The translations under genes were made by a program, and so were the position numbers. Of a DNA stretch of 64,000 bases, positions 31,672 to 46,374 are shown in pieces. The DNA comes from Eledone cirrhosa. Lineage: Eukaryota. The notes beneath the pieces are model-generated. The model searched no databases. It saw only the letters and a program-made list of their open reading frames with translations, and was not told the origin of the DNA. Each line of letters starts with the position of its first letter. Position 1 is the first letter of the stretch. The DNA lies in contig OZ024743.1 of assembly GCA_964016885.1 (NCBI GenBank), positions 71,734,001 through 71,798,000 of the forward strand. Direction: 5' to 3'.

Positions 31672-32240
31672 GGTCGTTTTGGAAGCCTCAACAGTGTAGA
31701 TGGGTAAATCTCCGGGTAACAGAATCCGGTGGTGAAGAGAGATGTAAGGGAATGTAGAATGAGATGTATAGTGTGTAGAGAAACGTAGGAAAGAGCGTAA
31801 AAAATAAAAATAATAACACGAGATAGAGTTATCTTAGGGGAGATTAATTGTCCCTATATTTCGGATTCGCATCCATCAACTTGGGCGTTTTCCGGGGGGG
31901 GGGGGGAATTATCTTTCGGAGAGGAACGGTACGTGTCCTCTGCTGTCCGCTGTTAGTCGCAAACAGCAGACAGCAGAGGACACGTACCGTTCCTCTCCGT
32001 CAAATAACTTCCCCTCCCCGGAAAATCCCCCAGTTGATGGATGCGAATCCGAAATATAAGGACAATTAAATCTCTCCCAAGGTAACTCTATCGCGTGTTA
32101 TTTTTATTTTTTACGCTCTTTCCTACGTTCCTCTACACACTATACATCTCATTCTACATTCCCTTACATCTCTCTTCGCCACCGGATTCTGTTACCCGGA
32201 GATTTACCCATCTGCATTGTTGAAGCTTCCAAAACGACCA
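31672..32240. mobile_element. near-perfect fold-back element (~277-bp arms, ~20-bp spacer)
   Basis: GGTCGTTTTGGAAGC...CCTCTGCTGTC / GACAGCAGAGG...GCTTCCAAAACGACC. Confidence 0.9.
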
Positions 32241-33126
32241 AATAAATTATTATTCCACAGTACTTCAAGCAGACTTCAATACTCTCTTATTTATATATAT
32301 ATATATAGTTAGGGAAGCAGAAAATTGCTTATTGTGATCCAGTTCGAGGTTAATAAAGCCAGTTTCGTGGACGGTTTCAACGTACGGTTAGGGGTAACTC
32401 CACAAGTTTGTAAGAATTCCGTTCAATCTTGGAGTATAACGTATAAAAGAGAAAACACAGGTAAGCATTAAGAGAAGGAGTTTATCGAGGTATTTACGAC
32501 CGTTTCATTGGTAAGTGCAACCTTATATTGCTATACTGCAAATAACAGCCACTCAATTATAATTGTTGTTCACGTCCAAATTTTCCAATTAGTGAGTAAG
32601 TTACTCTTGAAATAGTTCTTAATACATAGAGAAAAACATTTTTTGGAATTGTATTTACTAGTATAGAGAGAGAGGAAGGGGAATTAGAAGGTGAGGGGAC
32701 AAACGGAATAGTATAGAGAGAGAGGAAGGAGGAGAAGTGTTAGGAAGTAGAGTGACAAACTGAGATGGAGGGAGGGGTAGAGGTGGAAGGATTCCTTGAT
32801 CAGTTTTGATATGTAGACTTCATGTCGTCGAATGTAGTGAGTTAAAGAGAATTAAATTGATCATAGTGGGAGGGATGGAGAGAGAGGGGGGTGTAGGGGG
32901 ATATAAAGAGATAAATATATATATAAAAAATAAAGATAAAGATAATAATGACAAAAATAAAAGCAAAGAAGGGGGAGAAAGAAGAAAAGAAAAGATAGCC
33001 AAAAAGGGGAGGGAAGGAAGGAAGAAAACGAAGAAATATAAGAGGAATGAAGGAGAAGGGAGGGATATAGGTATTGGTTTTTGTGGGTAATTAAAAGGGT
33101 TTAGATACAATAAGAGGGTATAAAGT

Positions 33127-33970
33127 CTAAGTATAAGGGTTCGATTTGCACTTGTAGTGCGAAAACTTTTCTTTGAGTCTATGGTTACAATAAATTGATC
33201 TTCCGATTTTATTGTTGAGTAACTTATTCTTCGAACTCAAAATGTGGAACAGCTCAAGGTCACATAATCGACAGCTTCTCATACCACTCCGATATGGGGG
33301 CGTGTTCGATAATTTTTTCCACTTCAGGGTGTATTGATGGTTACTTTCCCTCAGTTGCCAGGTCTTGTTTGCAAGGGTAGTTACATAACGATGCTGGGAA
33401 TGTTTTATTGCGTAACGGTGTGTATACCAACGGGTTTTAAATGTATTCCCAGTCGCTCCGATGTAATACCATTTCTGGTTGTCTGATTCCACTGTGCATT
33501 GGAAAACCAGGTTAGACTGCATACATTCATTATGTAATGGACAGGTTTTAGGTAGGTGGCAGTTACAATTCTTGTCATGGGCAACTTTGGCATTATTGGT
33601 GGGCTGCGATGCCTGTACAAGTGTGTTACGTTTTGTTTGCCTATTAGTGGGTGGTTGTGTATTAGATATTCTGTTGTGTTCAATGGTGATTGTATTGTTA
33701 TTGTTATAAATTTGTGTTCTGGTGTTGTTATGTATCTTTTTAGCGTTAAGCATCTTAATGTATGCCTCTATATTTGGTGCCGTGGAGTAAGATAGTATAA
33801 TAGATTTAGTGTTAAGGATTTTGCTGTATCTATGTGAATCTGGAAAGTGCTTATTTATTATTCTAAAGAAGGTAGAGGGTAGGTTAGTACTAATAGAGTT
33901 GTTAAATATGGGGTTATACCAAATATATTTTCTACTGCGTGACTTGTTTGATTTCGATGTTGTATTTCTA
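33127..33970 (-). CDS. linker plus GIY-YIG endonuclease of the Naiad-like PLE
   Basis: ORF 33127-33753 extends upstream in frame through SRSRKYIWYNPIFNNSISTN; LVFQC...WYYIGATG. Confidence 0.85.
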
Positions 33971-33971
33971 T

Positions 33972-34425
33972 TTACCGTATAATTTGTAGTTCTATGTGTA
34001 AATGCGTGTGTGCGTGTGTTTTTGGAGTTTGTGTTATGCGTGTTTGTCTGCGCTTTGCGAGGGTTTCTTCTATATATTCTACTCTATCTAAGTGGCCTGC
34101 CTTGTCTAATGCGGTATTGTAGTATTCTGCATGTTCCTCGAAGATTTGTCGGTTAGACGAGAGGCGGGAGATCCTAAGGGATATGCTGCGTAGAATGGAT
34201 TTAATTATAGATAGTGGGTGGTTTGAGTTACAGTTGATGTATGCTAAGTTTTCATTAATCTTGTGAAAAGGTCTTATAAGTCCCGTATTTAGGTTAAGCG
34301 TCGCGTCTAGAAAGTTAACTGTTTTAGTGCTATACTCATACGTTATGCTAAGGTTTAGTTTCCCGAGAGTCTTTCTAATATTCTTACGGTGTCTTTCAAT
34401 GCTCTGGTTATTTAGGTTCTTAAAA
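33972..34425 (-). CDS. RT C-terminal/thumb fragment of the Naiad-like PLE
   Basis: FKNLNNQSIERHRKNIRKTLGKLNLSITYE...VNFLDATLNLNTG..RPFHK. Frameshifted relative to the EN part; the ORF N-terminus comes from a SINE. Confidence 0.85.
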
Positions 34426-35245
34426 CCTCGGCGTGATTTGAACTCAGAACGTGAAGAGCAATGACTTAATACTGCAAAGCATATTGTTCGACGCTCTACG
34501 GCCAATCCACCACAATAATAATAATTGTGTCTACTTTTGGCACAAGGCCAGCAATTACGCAGTGCATTACTGGTTCTTTATTTTATCGACCCCTTAAGGA
34601 TGAAAGGCAAAATTAGCCTCGGCGGGATTTGAACTCAGTCCGTAAAGGGACGTAACTCTCTACCGATACTGCCAATTCACCAATAATAATAATAATAATG
34701 GTTTCTTATACAGGCACAAGGTCAACAATTTGGGGGGAGGGGAAAGTCGATTAAATCGACCCCAGTGCATGACTGGCACTTTATTTCATCGACCCCGTAA
34801 GGATGAAAGGCAAAGTTAACCTCGGCGGGATTTGAACTCAGATCATAAAGGGCCGTAACTCTATGCTGCACAGCATGTCGTCCGACCCTCTACCGATACT
34901 GCCAATCCACCGCCCTCACAATAATAATAATAATACAATCACGTGGAAAGCTATTTATACTTTGCACTAATATGTGTTTAAACTTATTTATTAGTGTAAA
35001 GTATAAATATCATTCCTCATAATTTTATTATTATTATTATCATGGATTAAGAGGGCGGTGGTCTGGCAGAATCGGTAGAGTACCAGACACCATGCTTTGC
35101 AGCATAGAATTATGGCCCTTTGTGTTCTGAGTTCAAATCCCTCCGAGGTTAACTTTGCCTTTCATCCTTATGAAATCGATAAAATAAAGTACCAGTAATA
35201 CACTGGATTAATTGCTGACCTTTTGCCAAAAGTAGAAACAATTAT
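34426..35245. mobile_element. cluster of four SINEs (minus: 34426-34510, 34525-34682, 34700-34915; plus: 35052-35245)
   Basis: Repeated GGATTTGAACTCAG and AGGATGAAAGGCAAAG cores separated by (AAT)n. Confidence 0.9.
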
Positions 35246-36874
35246 TATTATCATGGATTGCATTTTGAGTCTTTATGTGTTTAATGAAACTTTTATGTGC
35301 TCTATGTTAAAAATGTAATCCTTAAAGAATGACAACCAACAGAAAAGACATTCCTCTTTTTCAAAGAGGTTGAATCTTTACAAGATATATCAGCTTTCTC
35401 GATATTACAATTTTCCACAACACCTGATACTTCCATATACTGGCATCCCATCACACGCTTACAAGCTTAGCACTGATGGGTTTAAAGATAAGAAATCGGA
35501 TTAATAAACCTCTGGAGAAATGGGGCCATTATTTCATAAGACATATTTTATATTATCTTTTTCTGTTCAAAGTTGGTAGTGCCTCACTAAATGGAGAACA
35601 CGTATCAGGTGTGATTCGCGGTTGAATTACATTTTCTCAATTATTCCTTACACATGCTAACTAAGCCCTCAATTCACTTCATACGTGTCAAAGAGCTTTG
35701 AATTAGAGCTCTAGCTACTTCAATTATAAATACGTAAGAATACATGTTAATCATTAAACATCACACAGAGAAAAATAAACAACAGAAATTTATCAAAAGA
35801 GTAAATTAAAGAAAATACCTTTATATTGTCGCATTAACTCAATGTTGGAATTAATCACAATTAATTAATCACAATTTTGGAAAGAAATAACAAAAGAAAT
35901 TTCTAACTTATGGCCGATACAGCCATTCAAATTTACTTTCCACATTCGCTGGTTCATATATGTTATTCTTAAACCATGTTACGTCACCAAACATTCAGTG
36001 CATACTCACATACAAACATATATATATATATACATGTGATGTTATATATACATATATACATGTGATGTGATGTTATATACACATATACACAGATGTGTCA
36101 TGCTACATAATGTATACCTTTATCTTCCGATAAACATAATACAACGATAGCTAAATTACAATTAATAGGAATTCAGTAAGACATTTAAGCAGTGTCTAAT
36201 GATATTCTAAAGTAACCTTTGAGCTTTTAAACTTTCAATAAAGAACTCTGTAATACTTTAACATTTCTGCATGATTTCTCAAGACCATAGTAACAAAAGT
36301 ATCATAAAAATCTTTAAAGAAAGCTAATGTTTTATTGTTGTATTACATGTTTTTCACAAGTAATCAATAACGGCGAGCTGAATAATTTAACTCTAACGTT
36401 TATATGCCGGATTCAAAGAATGGAATCGATTCCTGATTCGTTTGTACGTGTTGTGTATTTGTATATTTACTTCTAGCAAAGGTATGTTTGTGTGAGCTTT
36501 TGCGTATGTTAGTGTGTGTGAGCGAGCATGTATCACTGTCTCAATAGTAATAAGAAAACCAACCTAATAATTGTCAAAAGTGTTTATAATAGAAGTCAAT
36601 AGAATCAGAATAAGGTCAGAATTTTAAATGAATTGCTATTATAAACGCAGCTATAACCATGTGGTTAAGAGGTTTTCTTCACAACCACATCTTCCTCGGT
36701 TCATATATACAACAACTTATTGTGTCTCAGTGTTTTATACTCTAGGCTAAGGTTGACAAATGCCTACTTGGAGAAAGATCATATAGAGTAACTCTTTTGT
36801 AAACCATCTTTTATATACACATACATATACAGACACACACATATATATATGCATACATATATACACACACACAC

Positions 36875-36936
<62 letters not shown>

Positions 36937-36945
36937 GCGCGCGCG

Positions 36946-37808
<863 letters not shown>

Positions 37809-37865
37809 TATATATATATATATATATAACGTAAGATATATATATATATATATATATATAACGTA

Positions 37866-37939
<74 letters not shown>

Positions 37940-37945
<6 letters not shown>

Positions 37946-38182
37946 ATACTTTGGGAGGGTCATGTTGCCAATAAGAAACACACGCACCAGTTGCTTTCAC
38001 TCCAATTTATTATAAATAAAAATAAATGTATTTTATTTTTTTTGATTTATAATAAATTGGAGTGAAAGCATCTGGTGCGTGTGTTTCTTATTGGCAACAT
38101 GACGCTCCCGAAGTATAACAATATCGGTTTCAACACACGTTTTCAGATAAAGAATCTTGCTAAACAAATAGAGAAACGAAAT
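37940..38182. mobile_element. miniature hairpin made only of the PLE 3' terminus
   Basis: 38048-38182 matches 59867-60000; 37940-38015 is its inverted copy. Confidence 0.9.
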
Positions 38183-38191
38183 ATATATATA

Positions 38192-38228
<37 letters not shown>

Positions 38229-38230
<2 letters not shown>

Positions 38231-39115
38231 GAATGAAACGAAATTTCATTTCTCACTCTTAGTATGGCACTTACTTAAATGTAAGTATGTATGTATGTAT
38301 ACGTACATACATATATGTATACAGACGTATAGTAGTATGTATATACATACATGCACACATATATATATATATGCACGTATCGGTTTACCGAACATTTATT
38401 ATAATGCTCGGTTTGTTTGTTTGTAAACAAACAAACAGCCCGAATTACGCCGTACGGTGTTTAGGCAACCACGTCACCTTTTTTGTTCAACACTGACAAA
38501 GGAACGATGTACTAGTTTCAAGCTTATTAGCTATCGCCTGCATCGTATACCTTCCTGCAGATGGTTGAAAGTCTGAAAGTATATACTTTCCTCATGCATA
38601 TTAACGGCTGGGGAGACTAATTTGCATATCGAGTGAGTTCAGTCGGCCGGGCGCACGGAAAACGATAAATTGAATAGAATGAAACGAAATTTCATTTCTC
38701 ACTCTTAGTACGGTACTTACTTAAATGTAAGCTCGCCGTTAATATGCATGAGGAAAGTATATACTTTCAGACGTTCAACAATCTGGCAGGAAGGTATACG
38801 ATGCTGACGATAGCTAATAAGCTTGAAACTAGTACATCGTTCCTGTGTCAGTGTTGAACAAAAAGGTGACGTGGTTGCCTAAACACTGTACAGCGTAATT
38901 CGGGCTGTTTGTTTGTTTACAAACAAACAAACCGAGCATTATAATAAATGTTCGGTAAACCGATACGTGCATATATATATGTGTGCATGTATATATATAT
39001 ATATACATACTACTGTACGTCTGTATACATATATGTATGTACGTATACATACATAGTTACATTTAAGTAAGTGCCGTAATAAGAGTGGGAAATGAAATTT
39101 CGTTTCATTCTATTC
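38229..39115. mobile_element. family F copy: ~445-bp monomer, partial tandem copy, then inverted copy
   Basis: AATAGAATGAAACGAAATTTCATTTCTCACTCTTAG at about 38227 and 38673; inverted copy 38736-39115. Left-arm HHR (38504-38546) has a mutated core, CAGGCGA. Confidence 0.9.
38798..38840 (+). ncRNA. minimal type I hammerhead (family F)
   Basis: acgatg-CTGACGA-tagct(aata)agctt-GAAA-ctagt-A-catcgt. Confidence 0.88.
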
Positions 39116-39496
39116 CATTTTATTCAATGGAGTCATGCTGGGTTCAGTACCTCACACGTCTTCTCACATTTCAGATTAAGCACCCACACGTACTAGAATA
39201 CACACATAAAAACACACACACATGCAGACACATACCCATCTACGCATACGCACTCGTACGCCTACATGCGGAGCCCCCCCCCTACATACATACATCGCAG
39301 TATATATACTCACATACCCTCTCTCCCTCACTTCCACGGACCCAGTCACACCGACTTGTTGATAAATATCGGCACAAGCCTTCAAACTGTTCTTTACGTC
39401 ACGCTCTGCATCACTTAGGAAAAGCATATCCTACTCAAACGTACGCATATATACATACACACGCACGCACATACACATTCGCGCAACCTTCTATAC

Positions 39497-39544
<48 letters not shown>

Positions 39545-39610
39545 TCATACACACACATATATACATACACACATACATACCCGTACATACATATATACAC
39601 ACATGTGTAT

Positions 39611-39653
<43 letters not shown>

Positions 39654-39654
39654 G

Positions 39655-39803
39655 ATAGATAATTTAATATATCAACTAACATAAGCGCACAGATGCACGC
39701 CCATGCCAGCAAATACACAGGTTATGTCATAGTACCTAGGTGGTTTAAGTAAGTAAGTAAAAAATTTTTTAAAAATTTAAAAAAAATATTTTCTTATTTT
39801 ACG

Positions 39804-39808
<5 letters not shown>
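39655..39808. repeat. diverged fragments of the 50925-51825 family
   Basis: GCAAATACA...GTTATGTCATAGTACCTA matches about 51400-51430, followed by an inverted copy of the terminus. Confidence 0.7.
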
Positions 39809-39875
<67 letters not shown>

Positions 39876-39984
39876 ATATATACAGACATACATACATACA
39901 CACACGTATATACGTAAGTGTATACTCACGTGTCCACACATACATACGAATAAACATACGTAGATAATCATTACCTACACGCGT

Positions 39985-40035
<51 letters not shown>

Positions 40036-40359
40036 CATATATACATACATATATATGCACACAAGAAAAGAAAAGGGACAACTTAACATGCGTACGCCCA
40101 TCCACACATATACATACAAATACCTACGCATATGCCGATATACATACATCTACACATGCATACGCATACGTGTTTCCACATGCATAGACCTACACGCATG
40201 CACATCTGCCTACACACACAAAAGTGCTACCACATATACATATATAAAAACACACTTGTAAGTGAACAGTTAAAAATACATCATGCAATAGAAACAGTAT
40301 AATGACGGTAAAATTATCGTAACAAAAAAATATATACAATGTAATATAATATACAATAT

Positions 40360-40397
<38 letters not shown>

Positions 40398-40399
40398 TA

Positions 40400-40927
40400 T
40401 GAATTAGAACCCTAGGTATAATTTTAGACACACGGTTTACTGTGTTTCTTACTATATATTGTTAATCGGCTCAGTATTTATTTGTGCTTTATACTTAGAG
40501 CTTAATGGTTACAGTGTTCTAATTCATATATATATTTCGGCTCTCTTACAGGATGAGCTACTAAGTTGTGCGTGTTGGACTGTTATTTCTGTTCAATACG
40601 CGCTTACCACGTTTGACTTGCGGCGCACGAGGTGATAAATTCATCTTACTGTGTGAACGTTGGCAAATATTGTTTGTGACATTTAATTGCAATCTCTCGC
40701 TGATGAAGCCCAGGATTATCTGTTACAAACACACTCAGGGCGAAACAGATTAGGGATAATCTGTCCGAGAGATATAATGGTTATTGAGGCGGTTTGTATT
40801 ATGATAATATATTTTTATTTTCATTTTGTCATCCTGTCTGTTTCTTGGTTAAATATTTCAAGCATATGTGGTTTTTCAACCCTTGTAATTTTAGACACAC
40901 GGTTTACTGTGTTTCTTACTATATATT
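40400..40927 (+). mobile_element. retrozyme-like ~468-bp monomer with ~45-bp terminal direct repeat, in (TA)n
   Basis: TAATTTTAGACACACGGTTTACTGTGTTTCTTACTATATATT at about 40418 and 40886; one HHR inside. Confidence 0.85.
40692..40773 (+). ncRNA. type I hammerhead ribozyme, GUC site
   Basis: atctctcg-CTGATGA-a-gccc...gggc-GAAA-cagatta(ggga)taatctgt-C-cgagagat. 8-bp stem I; 8-bp stem III with GNRA loop. Confidence 0.93.
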
Positions 40928-41246
40928 ATATGTATATATATCTATATATATATATCCCCCTATTATACATATATACACACACATATATACATACACACAT
41001 ATATATACACACCCACACATACACACACACACGTACACGGACTCATACATACATATACGGATATATATAGAGTATATGTGATAAAATAATACAAGAATAA
41101 TCGTAATAATAAAAAAAAAATATCCACACTCTACTGATGAATATCGAGTGCTAATTTTGGCATACCGTCTATGGAAGCACCATAGCTACCACTATACACA
41201 ACTATATATATATATATATAATATATATATATATATATTTTTTTTT

Positions 41247-41609
41247 TCTCTCTCTCTCGTCTGCGACTTCACAGAACTTATGTTTACAGAATTCGCAGAC
41301 CAGACCCCTTCTTCCTCCCGTTAGACCTTTGCGAAATTCCTTCCTTGCTCACATTTCAACTAGGTTTGATGGTCTTTATTCTCTCGTTCACGATTCCACC
41401 GAATTTATATTCATAGAAATCTGGGACTTGTTTCCTTCTTCCTCTCTTTCTGCTGCTTAAACCATTTTGTTTGTTTACCCTAGCGTCCCCTTTATTTACG
41501 TGTCCCAACGACATTTTTTTAGCCGTTGCTCGCACCAACCTGAGGTATATGGCCTTTAATGCGACGAAATGCCTACGACGGTTGGATGGCCACTGATGAG
41601 GACAAACTT

Positions 41610-41615
<6 letters not shown>
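41247..41615. mobile_element. inverted-orientation copy of the 60196-61135 family
   Basis: Reverse complement of about 60236-60612; flanked by (TA)n. Confidence 0.9.
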
Positions 41616-41676
<61 letters not shown>

Positions 41677-41784
41677 TGTGTGCGTTAGTGAAAGAGAGAG
41701 ACGAGGATTTTATCAATTTTAAATTAGTTAGAATATTATTCAACAGAGTACTCGATACTTGGGATACTAGAGTGTGACTAAATG

Positions 41785-42030
<246 letters not shown>

Positions 42031-43859
42031 ACAGCTAGATTCGACAGCTATGATATGATAAACAGAATTATGATAAAGTGTACTATGCTATTTCATCCAA
42101 TATTTTGGACTGATTTGGAACTGATTGAGGTATGATAAAATATACCTCATCAATTTTATACGTTAAATTGGCTGCATTAAATATGAACTTGAGACCTTAG
42201 TTTGGCTACTGAAATAACATAGCCTTGCGGTCATCTTATTTGCTGTATTTTGTGTCTAATAGGAATATACACAAATATGCAAGTCACCAGAATCTTGGGA
42301 AACATTTAAAAAACTACGTAAAATGCGATATTTAGTTTTTGCTACCAAAACCATAAACCATGAAGAATTTCCAAAATGGAACAATTTAAATTAATATGCA
42401 ACGAACCGTAAATAACTATCTTTTCTGGCAAGGAAAGAGAATATTTGGAGAAAGTTAACCTGAAAAACATATAAACCAAAAATATACAAAACATTTAGAA
42501 AAGCCAATATTGATCGAAGTTTTAAAATAGCTCTAATAGATGTATGGATTATAAATGCAGTTTAAAAAGTAAACCCAAGAAATAATTCTAGAACCGAGAT
42601 AAAAATAGTATTTAATTGGGAATAGAATGATAAGTAGACTTTACCTTACCGATAGATATTGTATTATTCTGTTTTGTAGTTATTCATTTGGAAAACGATA
42701 AATTTATATGTTGTTCCATAAATCCGATTTGAACCACAAGGCTTATTTTAGCGTGAAAATTCTAAATGCCTCGTCTTCATATCTCGACCGCATTTCTTTT
42801 TTATTGACCTACTTTTAGATATATAATCTTAAGTACTTCTTAGTGATAAGTATTATATTTTAGTTCTATTTTGTGAGTTCCATGAGCTCTTTTAAAGTAT
42901 GTTCATTTGAAGGTGGTTATGTATAATGTCTATCATATTTTCAATATGTACTTTCTTCCACTATCTCTCTGTATATCGTTTGTACAAATATCTACAAAAG
43001 GACCTGATGAATTCAATTATTCTCAAAATAGGCCTATGACAATTTAGAAATCTTTTTGATATTGTAACTTTTAATGGTTGAAATTATCCAGAGGGAAATA
43101 TTTCAGATAAATTTATAGCTAGATTCTTAACGACATAGGATAATAAAACGTCTTACATTAATAAAAAAAAAATGGTGCAAACAAACTCTGGATGTATTTG
43201 AATTATGGAAGAAACTGTCATTGTGCTTAAATAGAAGTGTGACAGCCATAGACCATGGAATCCTCTAGGTACAAACGGATAAAATAATCAGATTTATGTC
43301 GACAACTTGAATAAGAGACATATCTCAGGCCTTGTGGCTAAGAAAAATATAATTCAATGAAAGTGTTTGGTTGGAGCGAAGTATTGAATATAATAATTCA
43401 TATGTGGCTTAGTGAAAGTAATATACAACATGTAATAATTTAAATGTAGAGAATACATTATCTGTATGGTAAGGAAAACATACTCTAACCGATACCTACT
43501 AAAGTACTCCGTACATCTTTTTTAAATGGTTTTTACACAATTTTGGACGTAATGCGAAATGATTTTTGTTGACGGGAAAATTGTGCCACGAGACATCGAC
43601 GTGGTTCTTGCGCATTTTGACCAATCAAAACGTAGCAGTTGCAGGGGGGAAATGGACAACGAGGGAAAAGCTGAAATATAAAATCCCGAGGAGTATGTAC
43701 ACAGTATGACTGATAGGAGGAACAGAGGTAAGGTGAGGTAGCTTGAGTGAAACTGGTACAATAGAAACAAACTTTAAGAAGAAGACTTCATTGTGAAAGC
43801 GGTCGGAACAACAGAGAAAAGGAATAACATATCTATAGACAGGAGACTGTGTGAAGGTG

Positions 43860-44190
43860 CATGTCTTGGTTGTTAGATCATTGGGTGTACAACTAAGAGA
43901 TAATGAGTTCCCATTTAGGACCAGGTGATATGTTGTGTCCATGAGCAAGATACTTTATTTCACGTTGCTCCGGTTCACTCAGCTGTAGAAATGAGTTATG
44001 ACGTCATGGGGGCTAAGTTTTTTTTGCCATTACCTTTCTCTGAGACAACATCGGTGGCATGGTGAGGGGAGACGGGAATGCCTGGGTGACTGCTGCTCTT
44101 CCACAAATAAACCTTACCCAGGCTTGTGTCTCGGACGGATACTTTCTAAGTGCAAAGCCATGGTTACTGGTGACCAAAGGGGGCCATAAA
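43860..44190 (+). mobile_element. second SINE family, near full length
   Basis: Degenerate tRNA head, then TGTTGTGTCCATGAGCAAGATACTTTATTTCACGTTGCTCC..TTCACTCAGCTG. Confidence 0.7.
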
Positions 44191-46374
44191 CAGTATACTG
44201 GAGAGTGTGAGTGACATTACACTAAATCAGAGTTGAACGGTGGAATAGCTATAAAACCATCTCAGATGCTGATAAACGTCTCCGTTGCAGGTCTAATTTT
44301 ATCCTAGTATACTGTTAATAATTTGCAATTGAATATAATGGCCAGTCCTTGTGATACATACGTTGTTATGTAAATAATATGTAATTATGAGACGTGACTG
44401 GCAATTTTAGAGTTGTCTCTGTTGCCAGTTATATTTTCAAGTGGTCTGTTGTTTTTACATCTGATTAAAATTGCTTGCGTGAAAGAATGTTCTGTTTTGT
44501 CTACGGTGATTATAGTTGTGTTTAAGTTTGCATGACTGGATTCTGTTTTCTGGCATTGGTAATTAAGGCAATAATCTTACTCATCATTATCATTACTACC
44601 ACTATAATCTCTACTAGTTTTATCTTTGTTTAAGAACAGTTGTTCAAATACATAATCATTTATAAACTCAAATGCATCTGAAATCCTATTTTACTTTAAT
44701 GAAGGAGACAAATATGTGTGCGATTTAATGAGCAAATAAAGAACGCGGACGTTAAAACGAGATGATGTCAAATGTGATATGACTGTATGCGGAGTTGAGG
44801 AGACATATTGTGTCTATCCACATCCTCATGTAGCTTTCCTAATTGATTAGTTTCTCAAGTTGAAGTGGGTGTAAATTCAAAAACAATTTCTTATTGCGCA
44901 ATCTCAACACTTCTATAAATGGTCTCAAAAGATTTGACATTTATTTGATACTTATAAGAAGCCATCTACCTCTTTTATCTCCCAATCATCTTCGCATGCA
45001 TCTGGTCATTTGATGTTGCAATGAGATGCATGAATTTTGTTTTGCTTTTGTCAGCATCCAAGAAGAGTTCATTCAGTAAATAAACCTTAAAGAAATTATT
45101 CTAGATTCATATTTATCTTTTAGCTATCTCAGTTCTAAATAGAGAAATTGAATTCTAGTTTATATTATCATGTAGAATTACTCAATTTATAGATTACTTC
45201 GTTATGTACATCTGATTATTAACTTAATATCTATTTTTGAAGACGAACCTCTGTTGCTATTTACAATTTACTTTGTAGACGTCAAATTTACGTCAAAGAC
45301 ATCTTGCAGACAGGGGAGGTTGAATTACTCATAATTTGAAACATAAATCACGTCTATTCTAGAACTTCTCATTAGGTTGTAAAGATTTAAGATAAAAGAA
45401 ATTTACATTTTGATAAAATGCAGTGATATCTATTGATTATATCTGATGAACAATGTTATATTAATCAATAGGAATGTTCAAACAATTATTGAAATTGAAT
45501 AATATAGACATTATTATGTTAACATTAACATATGTACAAATTATTCTCATATATACTATGATACCAACTACGTTGTATTAAATATCATTCATTCTATATA
45601 ATAAATCATTCCTAGCTTTCCTTTAAAACCAAAGTTCTCCCTACCACTCATAAATATAAAATGCCTGTTTAACAACTGAAATATCAAGATTTGGGCCAAC
45701 TTAGGTCTTCCAGTATTGGTGTTGTATGAATTACCTATTCTCTGATTTAGACTTTATATATTAGTCAATATCCATAATAAATCATTCCCTACTGTAGTTG
45801 TAGCGATAGACATCAGGGTATAATATCAGAATAAAGAACAGAGCCTATATATTAATCGGTGTCTAGAAATTGTAATATATGATTGATTGCTAAGCTCTGT
45901 GGTGATTTATTTTTTTATATATTTAGTGTATATAGAATCATAAATTGGGATTCTCCAATTTATATTTTTGTTTTGGATATATTTGACATAATTGTATGTA
46001 TTTGAGGCTTATAACATCATCATATTTGACATATAATTGTTATCCTTATGGCAGTTAAACAACCATACACCCATCAGAACGTTTATCTATGTTTTGTGTT
46101 ACTTTTGTATCTATTATCGCATAGTATTTGAGAAATAAATTACCCACTTGGTAGGCGACAAGTGTTTTATAGAAGGGATGAAATAAATATATATTTCCTA
46201 TCACCGTTCGATTGCTATTTTAACAATAGCTTTCAGAATAAAGTGACTTAATACACTTGCAACTAAGTAACTACCTTGTCTATTCATCTTAAAGAGCTAA
46301 GATAATCAAGCAAGTAAGTGATGAATGAAAATTAATAAAAGAGCTATCATATACTTACTTATTCCTAAGATAAT

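Larger units (their letters stand above)
32445..34425 (-). mobile_element. 5'-truncated Naiad-like Penelope retroelement
   Basis: RT end/thumb (VNFLDATLNL, YINCNSNHP), IWYNP...KHFP linker, CNCHLPKTC (CxCx5C), GIY-YIG YYIGAT..TFKTRW..H, CRLC, then 3' UTR. Confidence 0.92.

Noticed and set aside
34426-34505. N-terminus of ORF 33972-34505 as part of the PLE protein
   Set aside because: It is read through a SINE sequence.
41560-41610. GAAA followed by CTGATGA as a type II/III hammerhead
   Set aside because: Stems II and III and the UH site cannot be formed; kept only as an unresolved motif.
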